From Camelus dromedarius (lineage: Eukaryota): a DNA stretch of 64,000 nucleotides. Below the pieces are notes generated by a model, which saw only the letters and a program-made list of their open reading frames with translations, made no database searches and was not told where the DNA came from. The position numbers and the translations under genes are program-made. Below, in pieces: positions 40,101-55,100 of this stretch; within the stretch, counting starts at the first letter, position 1, and every line of letters begins with the position of its first letter. The stretch is taken from assembly GCF_036321535.1 (NCBI RefSeq), contig NC_087436.1, positions 97,218,001 to 97,282,000 of the forward strand, given 5' to 3'.

Positions 40101-43100
40101 ATTTCTAAATCACTAATATGATAAATGCTTTTCTCCACTTTCTGGCTCTAAATCAGCGGAATCACGAAGCTCACCCAGTGTTTTCTAAATTGCCCACTGT
40201 ACTCTATCAGGATACACAAGCATTGTTGGTTAGCACATGTTTATCTGTGTCTCCAACACTGCACTACAAGTCCAGAAACCATCTCTATCTGCGTTAATGT
40301 TATTAGAACCAAGTGCATACTAGACCCTTAATACTCTGTGAAGAAATGAATGATGTCGTGTGAATTTTGCTGAATACTAGTTTTATATAATGTTTGTTTT
40401 TTTCTTGATCTTCTCATTGCAGTAAAACGTTTTCTTTCAAGTCTTTTAATTGAAAAAGTGTTATTTGTAATTCAAATAGAAGTTATTTAGCTATTAAAGA
40501 TTATTTAAAATATTTTTTATGGAATTGAATATTAAGGGATTGTTCCAGGAGACATAATTCAGCAATATATTTTTCACAAACTAGTTTTAAGTCAGAAACT
40601 ACCTGAAAAGAACCTATTTTAATATGACAGTGTGATTAAAAGAACATTGTCTGTGACCAGCAATGTACATCATGGAAACTATTGGGTCTTGTTAATTACC
40701 TTTGTTTCTGGATAGGATCAGTGATGTGATTAATCCTGGGGATTTTTGCTTCCAGGTCATCATTCTGTGGAGTTATTAAGAACGATTTTTTTTAAGCTCT
40801 TGTTTTCTTATGCTAATTGTAATTGTGAACATCTGTGTATTATTTGCTGTGTAAGTTAAGGTTTCCCCAAACCAAGGAATTACTAGGTTTAAGACTAAGA
40901 GTTCTTTCTAAAATCATTCAAGTTATCTTGTAAATTTTAGAAACTATGCATAAATATTTAAAAACTGTGTCACCTTAATACCAGGAAATTACTAAAGGTC
41001 CTCATCCTGATGGAGTGTCCTGCCCTACATTTTTTGGGGATGCCATTTAATATGAGGACCACAACAACCTGCAGGATGAGTGCCATTACTCCTGTTGTAC
41101 TGGAGAAGCAGGAGCTGACCCCACAGTGACCGTGTCATGGCTGTTGGCCTTCAGGTTCCTTTTCTTTCCACTGTTCCTCAGTTCTCATGGAGACAGTTGG
41201 ATATTGTCAGGATTTCAAGAAGAAAGTTGTGTACTGGAGATACAGTGATACATTTATACAAATACAACATGGTTTTCTTACCCCAGAAGTGGCTTTGAAT
41301 AGAATTGTTGAGATGCTTTCCAAGTGTGGGACACCGGCAGTATTGCACAAGTGTTATTATCAGTTCTGTCTTATTTACCCTTGCTAGTTTCACAGGTACA
41401 GAAATTTCTCAAATGCCTTAAGAATTTCTGGATTCCTGACTCAGAAACCCAGAAGAGGTTTCCCTTTTATCTGTGCATTTGCATTGTTTATATGAGTGCT
41501 GTTCAAAAGAAATACAATGCAAGCTGATTATATAATTTTAAATTGCCTAGTAGCCACATTTATACACACACACACACACGTACACATGCACAGGTGCAAT
41601 TAATATTTTGGGCATAAGTTTAAATAGAATATATTAGTAAAATCCCTTCAATATATAATCAATATTATAAAATTGTGATTTTTGTGGAGAGGGTAACTAA
41701 GTCTTCAAAGTATGGTATATATTTTATACTCATAGAACGTCTCGATTGAGACTAACCATGTTTCAAGCACTTATTAGCCAGTAGCTAATTGGACAGCATA
41801 GACAGGCCTATATATTGTAAATAGATTATAAATAGATCTAGATCTGTGAGTTGCCTGACACTCCCCTGACACAGGGTGTTCCCAGAAATTAACTGGAGGC
41901 TTCTTAATGGTAAGACACAAGTTATTACTTTATATTATCAAAACTGAAGATACACAAATGTTTCATATTCTATTCCAAATAAATGAAAATGTACCTAACT
42001 TACAAAAGTAAAATTTGTATTTTACAGAGAGGAAGGGCCTGGAAAGTATCAAAGAGGGATTCTTGAAAATCAAAGAAGAACCATCTAAAATACTGTCTGG
42101 AAATAAGTTTCAAGACCGGTATTTTGTTTTACGAGATGGATATCTCTTTCTTTACAAGGATCTGAAGGTATTTGTATATGTAGTATTTGAATATGTATAT
42201 ATTTTTGTGTGGGTATTAGCATTCTTATTTCATAACTCTCAGCCCTCTCTCTTGGAAGTCAAGGCCTGTAGTAAGTAAAATGCATAAGAAACTGATGATT
42301 TCTTTCGGCTTCTGGCATGACATTAACACACCCAGAAACACAGTAAAGAATGTATATGGCCTTTTTGAGCACCTCATATTTTTTAGTGCAGAGAATGATT
42401 AAAGTCTTAGAGAAAACTCTAATATGTGTTAAATAGACTAGCATATAAATCAGCATCTCAGTCAATAAAATTAAGAGACTGTGTCAGGCCTTAAGGCAAA
42501 AATAGCTTGAGTTGAGCTAATGGAAATTAATAAAATATGGAATAAAAAGGCAAAACCCAAATATTAAGTCTGATTAAAAATTAAATCTGATTAATAGATT
42601 CCCTATTTTTTTAATGAATTGACTCATAGTATCATATTTACTAATTGAATCTTAATGATATATCCCCATAAGTTTGAATTCCCTAGAAGCTTTTATTAAA
42701 GAATTGAGGGATGGAGAGAGGAAGGAGATGAAAAGGAGGGCATAAATATAAGAATATTGAACTTAGCATCAGAAAATCTCAAATCTGCCAAGTTGGTTGT
42801 GTGAATAAGAAACGTAAACTCTCAACCTCAATTTCTGGGTCTGTAATATGATGATGATAGTATGAGTCCCGCACGCCAGATTGTTGTAACGTTGAAACAA
42901 GAATATATGTAAAAGTTGTTTTTCAATTTATATACATATATATACACATACATATACATATCAATACATATTTATATATTAGCATGCTCATCAAAAGACT
43001 CCACTAAGAATATGAATAGGCGTGTTCCAGACTGAGAAAAATATATTCATAGTACATATATCTGAAAAAGGCCTCATATGCAGAATTATAAAGAACTCCT

Positions 43101-46100
43101 CCAAATCGACAGTAAAAAGACAACCCAATAAAAATCTGGGCAATGTATTAGACAGACACTACAGGAGGGGAGACGTAGGAATGGCCAATAAGTGATTGAA
43201 CCAAAAGTGCTCAGCATTGTTATCAAGGAAATACAAATTAAAACCATAAGATACCTTATTAGTATAACTAAAGTTATAAAGAGTGACAACACCTAACATT
43301 GACAAGGTGTTGATTAACTAAAACCCCCGTAAATTGTTGGTGGAAGGTAAAATCACACAATCACTATGGAGAGCTTTTTGGAAGTTTTTAAAGTAAAGTT
43401 GCTCATACATCTACCCCATGATCCCGCAGCTCTATTTCTAGGTATTATGTCCATTAAAGCACTTGTTCAAGAGTGTTCATAAGCAGCTTTATTCATAAAA
43501 ACTGAAACGTGGAAGCATTCCTCATGTCCTTCAATAGGAAAATGATATAGTCAGACAATAGAATACTAGTTAGCAATAAAAGTGAATGAATGCAACAATG
43601 TGGGTGAATCTTCAAATCCTTGTTGAGCAAAAGAAGCTCAACACAAAATAGTACCATATGAGTCTGTCCATGAGACGCCTGAGAACAGCCAAAACTGTTT
43701 ACCGTGATAGAAGTCAGAAGGTGTTTGCCTGGGGTGTGGAGAAGGGTTGCCACAGAAGCAAGCAGGTGGACTCAGTGGGGGTACTTCCTAGGATGATAGA
43801 AGTAAGTGTTCTATCTCCAGTTTTGGATGGTGGTTACATGGGTATATACGAGAGCATCTCCACTTCCTTGAGATTCAAGAGATACCCACGCAGTTATTTT
43901 AAATGTGGAGTAACAGTCGGACCTCAAGATGCTTTTTTCTCTTGTATTACAAAATTCCCTTGAGTAATCATTGCTTGCATACTCCGAGTGTGCAGTGCTT
44001 CAGGATGTTTTGTTGTGGACATCTACAAAGAAGGACCAGAATAGTGACATCCGTTAATATGTTATGAAGAAGGAATGATTAGGCAGTTTTCCAAAGTTCT
44101 ACCGCCCATTTTATTGTGGCTTCTATTGAGCTTTCCACCCATTTTGACCACTGTCCCTGTATGTTCCTCCAGCAGGGAAGCCTCCAAGTGGACACAACTA
44201 AATCTTAGTAGCATTCCTGCTTTGTGTATACATCCCACATTCACTTTCTTCAAAATGGAATGTCCAGGAAGGGAGCTGACAAAATGGCACTGAATTCTGC
44301 AGCCCTTACCCCTCTATGCAGAGAGCTGCATTATATTAGGTACTGGATCTCCCGCTGTGTTGTTCCATCTGATAGGCCTAGCGGGGAGTCTGTGTGGGTA
44401 TCAAGTGATTGGTATCGTTTATTATCCTGTGTTATCATTCTTCACTTTTCCCAGTAGAGGAAGAGTAGAGTTTGCAGAAATAAGGCACTGAAGAATTTGG
44501 GGTTATGTGAACTTAACACACCAGATTTTAAGGTTCATGAACTTTAGGTTTGTGTTTGTGAAAGGAAATGCTAAACTTCACAGCTGATGATCCTAGCCAT
44601 CTGGAACTGGGTCGGATTGGATTTTCTTTGGTTTTCTTCAGTGAGTCACCCATCCTGATCTTCATTAGACTTCCTTCCTTCATCCTTGTCCTCCTATTTA
44701 CATAATATGTTGGTTAAGGGTCACTTTTGTAGTTGGATGTTTTCTTAGAGTATTTAAAAATCACCCTGGACTTTTTAATCCTACTTAGGAACCAGCACTT
44801 CCATTGTGTAGCAACAGAAGTTTGCTAGAAACAACTAGTGGTAATCCCAGTGCAGTCATAAAGGAGCAACTGACATTCGAGAGGTTAATCCATGAAAAAC
44901 AGACTTCTATACATGTCACTTCAATGGTCTCATTTTATCTTTACAATAACCCTGTGAAACTGTTACTGTAATTATTCCCACTTGACAGACAAAGAAATGA
45001 ACCTACAAGATACTACATAACTTGTCCAAGATCACATAGCCAGTAAGTGACAGAGTCAGAATTCTTTCCCAGGTGTCTGATTCCAAAGGCTTTATGCAGG
45101 GACTTAATAAAGAAAGAATAATTTTGTATTTAGTTTGGTGTTCTTGCTGACAGAATTTTATTTAAAGAAGATGGTTCTTCATTTTAATAGTACCAAATAT
45201 TTTCAACTATGACCCTCCATACAATTCAATTTTTTATAATGTTTTCCCCAAGCTAAGGTGCATTTTTAAATCTGCCAAAGGAAGCCTCTTCATGGAGAAA
45301 TTTTTTTTTTTAGATGGAATGATTTGTAATTGAGCTGAAGAATCTCTTACCTTAATGGAATATGTTTTAAGAATTTGTATCTTTTAAAAATTTTTTTTTA
45401 TTGAAGGGTAGTTAATTTACAATGTTAGTTTCACATACACAGCAAAGCAATTTGGTTGTTCATATATATATACACATATATTTTCAGATTCTTTTCCGTT
45501 ATAGATTATTACAAGAAATTGAATATAGTTCAACCTGTGCTATACAGAAGGTCCTTGTTGTTTATCTGTTTTGTATATAGTAATGTGTACCTGTTAATTC
45601 CAAACTCCTAATGTATCTCTTGCCCCTCTCCCCTTTGGTAACCATAGTTTGTTAAGAATTTGTATCTTTTTGAAAGGATCATCCTGCTTAATCAAAGGTA
45701 ATTCATATAAACTGGGAGGCAGTGACAGTACCAAGAGCTTGGCTAAAAGACAATGTTCTCTTTTTTTAAACATTTGTAATATTTATTTTTCCCCACATTT
45801 ATTGAAGTATAATTGACAAATAAGAATTGTGTATATTTGTTACACAGTGTGATGCTTCTGATATACATATACATTGTGAAATGATTATCACCATCTAGGC
45901 TAATCAACATATTCATTACCTCACATATTTTGTGTGTGTGTTTGTGGTGAGAACATTAAGATCTACTCTTAGCAAGGTTCAAGTATATAGTACAGTATTA
46001 CTAAGTATAGTCACCATGCTGTACATCAGATCTCCAGAACCTATTCATTCTTCATAACTGAAACTTTGTACTCTTTGATCAACATCTCCCCATTCCTCCC

Positions 46101-49100
46101 ACTCCCAGCCCCTGGAAACTAGCATTCTACTCTATGCTTCTGTGTGAGTTTGACTTTTTTAGATTCTCCAACTAAGGGAGATCATACAGTATTTGTCAGA
46201 TATTTTCTTTAAAGACACTGAACACATTTTGTTTTTATCACAGTGACCTCAGGTTATGGAATTATAGTCTAATTAAGTGTTTGAAAGTTGTATTTATGCA
46301 TCTATCAGAATCAATTAATGTAACTGATACTTTAATTTGCACATTAAGGCAAACCGATGAGAGACTTAACAGGGTTTCCTTTAAACTCAAACTACTATTA
46401 TTTTCAACACATGATGTTATTTGGCTGGTTATTTCTGCATGTTGTTGATCCTTCCCCTTTGATATTGATGGTCCAGTCATTGGCAATTATTAGCTTTTCA
46501 AGTGACTTTACAGTAAATTATCAGTAGTAAAAATCCCCTGATTTATTTGAATAAAGATTTGACTATGGTTTTGACAGTTGTCCTTAATGTAGGTGTGCCT
46601 GTATATACTTAGAAAATGATTTACTGAGAAGGGAGTAGAAATTACAAGTTGAAAAGTGTATTTAAAGAGACTATGTGTTAATTAGAGATAATTTATGAAT
46701 GCTCATTAACAACAAATTAGGGTAATCCACGGGGGAAGCTATATTTTGTTTTGAGAGTTTTCCCTGCACAGAAAATGTTAATTAAAATGTTTTCGGACTT
46801 GATTTACATAGAAGGTGAGAAGTTTCAAAGAATATTACCATTACACTGTTAATGGTGTGAAAAAAGCAAATGGGGAAGAGGGGAGGTCGTTAAAAGTTGC
46901 ATGCAGACTCCTCTTAGAAACAAGAATAATTTCTTAAGCACACTAATTTAATTGGCTTAGTTAAAATTCTCTTTTGAAATATAGTGCCTGAAGCCACACA
47001 TTACGTACTTCATAACACTTGAACTTTTTGAAAAAATTCCCCAGAAAATGCATATACCAAAAGAGTTGTCATAAACCAACAGTAAAATTATCTTGCCAAA
47101 CAAGATTTCTTTTTATAGAACTTCCCATGAGGATCCTTACAGTTCCTGTTTATGCATATTCAGTTTAAAGATTTAAGCTGAAAAAGGTTTCTTTTCACCA
47201 GTGGCTGGTCTCCTCTCAAATTATGTCATCTGTGTTCTCTTAGGACAGGATAGGGAATAAAGTCCCAAGCTTGTGTGTCTGGAGTGGCTTGGGAATCAGT
47301 TGTATTACTGCAGACTCTCAGATTATTGCCAACAGTGCTGCAGAATGTAGGCAGTCCTGGACTTACCAACGTCCTGTTTAAATGAAGACAGCCTCATTTA
47401 GGCGCAGTGCATCTCACTCTCAAATGTGCATCTAACTCATCCTGCTGGAATTGCTGCCTCCCACCCGACCCTGCGGCTCCCTTTATTGGGACTGAGTCCA
47501 AGGGAATGGCAGTCTGAACTCTGAGGAGGGATATGAACCTCAGCTATAATCTGATTTAACCTTTGGCAGAGGTGGCCCGGGGTCTCTGCTACTATGTACA
47601 CTTCTAAGCTCTCCTCTCCTTGACTCTTCTGTATGGAATACTCATTGCTACCTCACTGTTCCATGTTAGACTTCAAGTGTTTTTCCTTAACATTCAGTAA
47701 AGTAGCGAGCTAAAAAATCAATACCTCGAAACCAAACTACCAGAAAATGGCCTAAACAAGAAAAAGAAGCTGATTTGAAGAAAACTCAGAACTTCACTGA
47801 TAGAAATCACAGAAACTTAAAGTCTACTAGTATTGATCTGTAGGTTTAATGTAATTCGTTTCAAGATCCCAAAGGGAATTCTTTTTTAGAACTTGGAAAA
47901 AATGACCTGATAATTCACATCAAAGGGTAAACAGATAAGAATCCTTGCAAACATTTGGGCGGCATAAAAAGTAAAATAATTGTCAGGTATTTCCCATCCA
48001 ACTATTTATGCATACGATAAAACTAAAATAGCTTAGATAATATCCTGGCATAAAAACAAACAGGTTTAGCAATGGTAACATAAAGTGAGGTAAATATGTA
48101 ATTGTTTATTACAATTTATTTTTGATAAATATCCTAGCATAAATCCATGTCTGAAGAAAGATTTAATAAACAGGGCTGGGATCATTGTTAACAAATTTTT
48201 TTCAACTTGAATTCTCATCTATATTGTATGTAAAATATATACTCCAGATTGATAAAATAATTAAAACTTTAAAAACACTAACCCATCAAGCTGCAGGGCC
48301 ACGCAGTTGAGTATTTATCAGCTATGTGGGAACCCTTTGTGAAGTGGTCGTTAAGAGAGTCCAAAAGAAAAGATCAGTATATTTTTGACTTCATAAAAAT
48401 AAAGAAAGTAAGCAGTAAGCAATCTGGGTAAACTATATTTCATTTAAAAAGATAAGGCAGTTTCCTGTTTGATACATAAAGAACTAATGTCAATAAGTAA
48501 ATGCATGGATAAACTGTTGACCAAAGCAAAACTGAAAATTGCTGGTGGATTCAGGAATATGTTTTAATTGTAAGTAAACATAACCGATCAATTTTGCCAA
48601 AATCTTCTTAATCATGTTCCTAGCCTTTGACCCAGTGGTTCCATTTCAAGAAATCTAGTCATACAGGAAAAGTGTCCAAAATATTATTTTTAAGTTATGT
48701 ACCATGATGGTAATAGAAAACTTATTGATAAGGGTGTCTAGAAGTAAATCCACCATGTAAATTCCAGGCCTTATCATCGCTGCCACAGGGAACATTGGTC
48801 CCCAAAGCTTAATTCCTGACCTTCTTCCTGCCTACTTTTTCCTCTATATTTCCTCTATATTCTTCTACCTGTTTCCTCCATGGAAACCAATTTTTAATTT
48901 TATAAACATGTTTTCTCCCCTTTACTTTTCAAATTCAACTTCTTTCATAAAGAAAAGACTTCACAGGGATAGTTTAACTTTTATAGAATTTAGGACTGAT
49001 TTGAGCTACGTATTTGCTAAATGGGCTTTTGTGCATTGTCCTAGGGTTCTAACAACTTGTCTGTCTTCCTATTTCTATGGAGCAGTGTGTCCTAAATTTA

Positions 49101-52100
49101 TAATAATAATAGCTGTTAATTTCTTATGCACTTAGTATATGGTCAGTTAGTGGCCTAAACCCTTTAAAGGCAATTTTTCTTGTTTAATCTGTACAATAAC
49201 CCTTCACAATAACCCTTTACTTTCTCATTTAATCTTCACAATAACCACATGAGATAGTCAATATGTTTATCATATAAGAGCAAAGAGCAGTAATGTGTGG
49301 TCACAAGCTAGCCAGTAGCAAGCCAGATTTGTACTCAGGTCTCTGACCCCAGGCTCCTTGCTCTTGGTTGTAAATGCTGTCTGTCTACCAGACTGAAAAA
49401 AAAGATTTCCTTGAAAATTTTTAGGATATGGGGAAAGCTTGTTTTAATTATTATTTCCATGGCTATTGTCTTTATAAAATCTTTTGCAGGGTTACCAAGA
49501 ATAAAGAATGAAGTGTGTGTGGTTTGATAATAAGTTTTTAACTTAGAGCATAATGATTTAAGTTTTGCCTCTGTCAGATAACTTTCCTGATGGTTCAAGG
49601 ATTTAAAAACAATTTTTAACATTAATCAGATAAATATGTTTGGATGTGTATGGAGGATATATAACTGATCTAGAATAAATGTAAATTCTTTTTCATAGTC
49701 AACTTTCATGAGTTATTCATGAAAATTTTCATTAATATGGATATTTGATGTAGTTCAGTATATACCCATATAGTTTCATAGTCTGTTTTTTATAATTCCG
49801 AAATCCAAAAAGTACAGAAAGTCATAACCCATTTGGTGGCAAAACCTGACCTAAACCAACATGAAGATACTTGTCTTAATCTGTTCAGGCTCCTGTAAAA
49901 AAGTACCATAGACCAAATGGCTTATAAATAGCAAATCTCTCTCTCACAGTTCTGGAGGCCAGGAGTCTGAGAGCAGGATGCTAGTGTGCTAGGTTCTAGT
50001 GAGGCTCTTCTTCTGAACTGTAGACTACCACCTTCTCCTGGTATCCTCACATGGCAGAAAGAGAGTGAGCTAGCTCTCTGGCCTCTTTTAAAAGGGCGCT
50101 AATCCTATTCACGAGGGCTCCAATCTCATGACCTCATTACCGCCCAAAGCCCCCACGTCCCATCACACTGGGGGTTATATTTCAATTTGGAGGGGATATA
50201 AACATTCAGCCCATAACAATATTTTAGCCTTTATTTATTCACACTGTATGAAATGTCATGCATCTGTAGAGAAATATGAATATATTTGAATCAGGGTGCT
50301 GCCCCAGACAACACGGGTGGTATGGTTGAGTTACAGAATATATTGCATATACATTATATTGTTCTTTTTTTTAAATATGAAAACACTGAAAAATTATCAA
50401 TTCTGATATAACACTGGTCCCAGATGTTTTGAATAAGGAATTATTGTGTATGCATGTGTTTGTATGTACATATACACTTATTTATAAATATATATATATA
50501 TCCAAAATTATTTAAATTTGTAATATTGTAATCAGGACAATCTTTGTTTACTAAAAACTTGGTATTGTGTTCATGAAACATTCAAGAAACTAAACAATTC
50601 TAAACATGATCATTAACACTCAAGGAAAATGTAAGGATATTTTGAAAATGTGTTTCCTTACAAATTATTTTGTTTTCCTTTACAGAGCAGTAAACCTGAC
50701 AAAATGTTTTCTCTCAGTTCAATGAAGTTTTATCTTGGAGTGAAAAAGAAAATGAAGCCTCCAACAAGGTAACAGCTTGGAAGGGAAGGGTTGTTGACAA
50801 AGTCACGGGAGAGTATGTCTGTTCAAGAGACTGGGGATCCGTGGCACTAGTCTAACTTCGTCTGAATTAAGTTTTAGACAGACAGGTGGCCGGGGATCTG
50901 TGGCAGATCAGGGAGCCTGTGTGGGTGGATAAGGAAGGATGATGTCTCTACTCAAGTCAAGCTCCTGGGTGGATCCATGTCCTCTGTGTAGAACAGGAAA
51001 CCCCCAGAAGACCCCGTCTGCTGGGAAGCATATGGGTTTCTTTATGTCCCATTTCTTGCTCAGTCACACCCTCGTGGTGTTAAGGAGTGTTGCAAAAAAG
51101 TCTACCCACAGAAGGACAAATGCTGCCCTCCAGCTTCCTTGGCTTTTAGAACATCTTGGTCCTGGCTCTACAATTTGCCCTTTTGGCTTTGCTGAATTTG
51201 GTAATAAATCCATAGCACATAGATGGTAGAAAGAAGACCCCTCTTAATCCTGGCTTCACTTTAACACCTGAATCAACCCAGCATTCAGGTTATACTACAC
51301 TTTCTTATCACAGATTACTTTGATTAGCTAGTTGATGTTGGCACAAATATTTTTAACATCATAAAACATCGTTTTAATGGACTGTATATGATTTCAGATT
51401 CTATCACTGAAAATGTCCTCACTTTTGCCTCTGTGCTTAATTTGTAAGCCCAGCACATATAGCTGTGTTGCAATGGGCACATTCTTTCATCTCTCACAAT
51501 ATCAGTAAATCAATATGTAAATTATTGTCTTTTGGCCATTTTCCTGGACATCCGTCCTTACTCAGCCCAGAATATCCTCTGAGAGATTTACCCCATGCCC
51601 CATAACATCATAAGACTCCTTCTGTTTCTCTTCAACATATTTAAATTTGTAGTCAAATCCCTCAGTATTTATCTTTATCTCTAGATAAATGACACCCAAT
51701 GAATCATCAATTGTGAATATCAATTCTATTATGCATTCCCACCATTAAATATTACCTCCTTAACATCTAATTGTTTTCAGTCTTGTAAAATGTATCATTT
51801 TTAATATGTATGCATGTGTTTTTTTTCCCACATGATGCAGTTGGGGATTGACAGCGTATTCTGAAAAGCATCACTGGTAAGTTAACAGCTGGCAGGTTTG
51901 GATTTGACATACTGATGATAACGTCAGTAAATGAATAACATTATTCTTTCTTTGGCAGATAGATCTAGAGACAGGAAATGTTTCACCTAAGTTAAAGTCT
52001 TTTCTAGATACTTTGAACCTAAGAAGGGGAAAATAGATTTGTTTCAGGGTGTAGGTCCATTTCAGTCCCATGTATCCTGTTTGTCAATGCCTCTTATGAC

Positions 52101-55100
52101 AAATTACATGTGATTTCTTCCTAGTTATCATATAAATGTGGAATCCCTGGTTTTATGGGATAAGCAGGCAAAATTCAGTTTTAAATAAAGGATAACAATT
52201 TGCCAAAACTCAGATTAAAATATATATATTGGTTTCAAATCTGTTCTTTCCATAGAGGTACTTTTTTCCATTGATGTCACCAGGATCTAGCCACTCTCTG
52301 TAGACATTGTGCCAGGTGATGATTCCTCCTCCCCCACCTCCCTGTGTCTAATCAGTCTCTGACCTGCAGGGGATCTGCCTCTTAATTCTCTCTCTGATCC
52401 GCCCAGACCCATTCTGTCCGTGGGGCCACTCCTTCATTCATCTGCCTGGATGATTCCAGGAGTCCTAAATGCTCTTCATGCCTCTGACTTTGCTTTTGGT
52501 TTCTGGTACGTTCTCCACCCAGCACCAGAGGAGATTTTCTCATGCTTCTTTTCTGCTTTAAAACTCTCCTGTGAATCCGGCACCTACAGGATAAAGTACA
52601 GGATTGTAAGCACAGCACACAAGACCCTTTAACATGGGGCTCCATCAGCTTTATCTCCCATGACTTTCCCTTTTTTCCCTAATGATAAAACAGTCATCTG
52701 TCTTTAGTTCGCCAGGCATGCCTTGCTGCTTCATATCTGCATGGTCCCTTTACTATACCTTCTTCCGTAGTGTTTGCTACTCACTTTTCTCATCACTTCA
52801 TCCTCCTGCTGATCTGGCAGACACAACTGTCATTTTGTATTCAAACCCTAGCCAAAATGCTCCAAAAGTCTCATCAGAAAACTCTCAGCTCTAATCATTA
52901 TTTGTTTATTCTTTGCATCTATAATATTTTGTACCCGTGGGTGCATAATTAAAATGATTTGTGGAGAGAACAGTTTTCCTGATGTGGTAATGGGAAGGGA
53001 CACTGTTTTTAAGAGACTCTAATGAAAGAAGCAAGAATTATTTTTAGATGTTTCATTTTAACATTTTTCCAAATAAATTATCTATAATACAGGAATAGAA
53101 ATAATATAATTACACTGAAATATCCATATACCATTCTAACATCAGTTACACTATTTTCCTCTGCCAGGAAACAACTTTCAAGTCATCCCCAAGTGTGCTG
53201 TTTGTTTCTATGTTTGTGTTTAACTTCACTTTCTCTTTTCCTCACATGTTATAATTTATTTGTTTACATTCCTGGCTCCTTTAATAGACTGTGTGAACCT
53301 TGAGGGCAAGATCTCTGTTTTAGGTAGGTTTTCAATAAAAGGTTACTCAGTCAGTGTTATTGGACATGCAGTGGTTTTTCATTCAGTTCATTTTTCGCGA
53401 GTCTGGTGGAAAGTAATGTTTATAATCATAATGATGGAGACTTCTAAGCCTTTTTTAAAAAATCTGCTCTTAAGAAAATGTGCACATATTTTTCTTCTTA
53501 GGCTCAGAGTTTCTGGGGGAAAATATTTTACCATTATGTACCTGAAAAAGCAAATGACATTGACCTTTTTGCCTTTCCAAAAATATTGCTGATCATTTTT
53601 CAACAGCTCCCTTTACCTATGTCTTGCTTAAATGAACATATTTAAACTATTATTTTGGTAATATACACTCAACAGAAGCCTAAAGCAACTTGTACTGAAA
53701 TACTCCCATTTTGATTACATTACATCATTGATCAGAAGAAACTCCAAGAGGTATGATCACTTACCAAACAAATACACTGGAGAATCCCATTGTCTTCTTG
53801 AATTATATATTTTATAAACCTTGTTTTGCAGGCACCTGTGTTGTGATAGTTCACAAACTCAGATGGAGTGGATGGCCAATGTCTTTATTGCCCAGGTATG
53901 ATTATCTGTTCCAACCATCAATTATAATAACTGTTTAAGGAAAAATGTCCATGTGGTGGTGCTTTTCAAAGAATTCTTCATGAGTTTTATGCACATACTT
54001 TTTTTTTCATTCATTTTTTAAAACATATGAGAATGCAGACTTACCCCTTACTCCTTGAAAGAGAGTTTACTCTTTGTTGAGGCTTTGTTTTGCCAGCCCA
54101 GCAGCTCCTTAGCTTGCAAGAGGTGCTTCAAGATGGTCATATAAGAACGAGGGGCTTGTCTAAGCTGTCATCCCATTGACCTTTGTTTAGAAAATGTGTT
54201 CTTTTCCTTCTTATTCTCCCCATGGCCTCCTGATTTTCCAGAAACAAGGACAGGAATGTCCATTTCTTGAATACATACTGCATGCTAAATACTTCAAAAG
54301 AATTAATTTGTGTACTCCTTGCAACAAATCGTGCAAGATTATGCTTATCAGGGAACAGGATTAACGGAGGCTCTGTGATTTGCTCAGGACCGTACATTTA
54401 GTTAGTGCTTTAAACCCAGGGGCGCCAGGGGCCGACACCTGTTCCCATTCCCATTTGGCCTCCCTAGAGGAGGACTCCCCCTTGGAGGGACAGTTAAATA
54501 GTCCCCTTAACAGGGGACTGGTTTCATCCCCAGCCTTGTCTGGCTGAACGCCCAGCAATGCTTCCCCCACAAGAGCACTGAAGTTCACTGGTGACAATTA
54601 AGTTGCCACTCTTTATTACTCGGGATGTACTTCCCTGTTTCTCTTACAAGTGAGAAGTTAATTCACCCCAGAATCTTGTCCTTGTTTTGAAAACCATTTT
54701 CTCTGTTCATTTAATTTATTAACCTTTCCAGTGGTTAATAAACACTGCTCTTCACAGCCTAACTGTACTATTACTGCCTGGGAATACGTTGCCAGAAAAA
54801 GACCGGCTGCTAACTTCTTAGAGGCTTTTCTTCTTTTTTTGTGAGATTTTTTAAAAATTCAGATATTCAAGTCCTACTTAAAAAAAAAAAAAAAAAGGTA
54901 GATTTGAAGTATTAGTAAAATTGGAACCAGAGAGTCTAAAACTGTTACAGTGTCGATTTATGGCATAACTAAATTTGATGTTTTTGTTTTTATAATTGAA
55001 GTCAGTAGACTCTGTAGTTGAAAAGAAAGGTGTAAATAGCCAGAAGCAGAGGTTACGCTCACCACCAAGTTATTTCTCCCTGCCTCACCTGCCCTCCCTT

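Noticed and set aside
54410..54520. GC-rich patch with CTCF-like words
   Set aside because: Poor match at key motif positions and too short for a CpG island.
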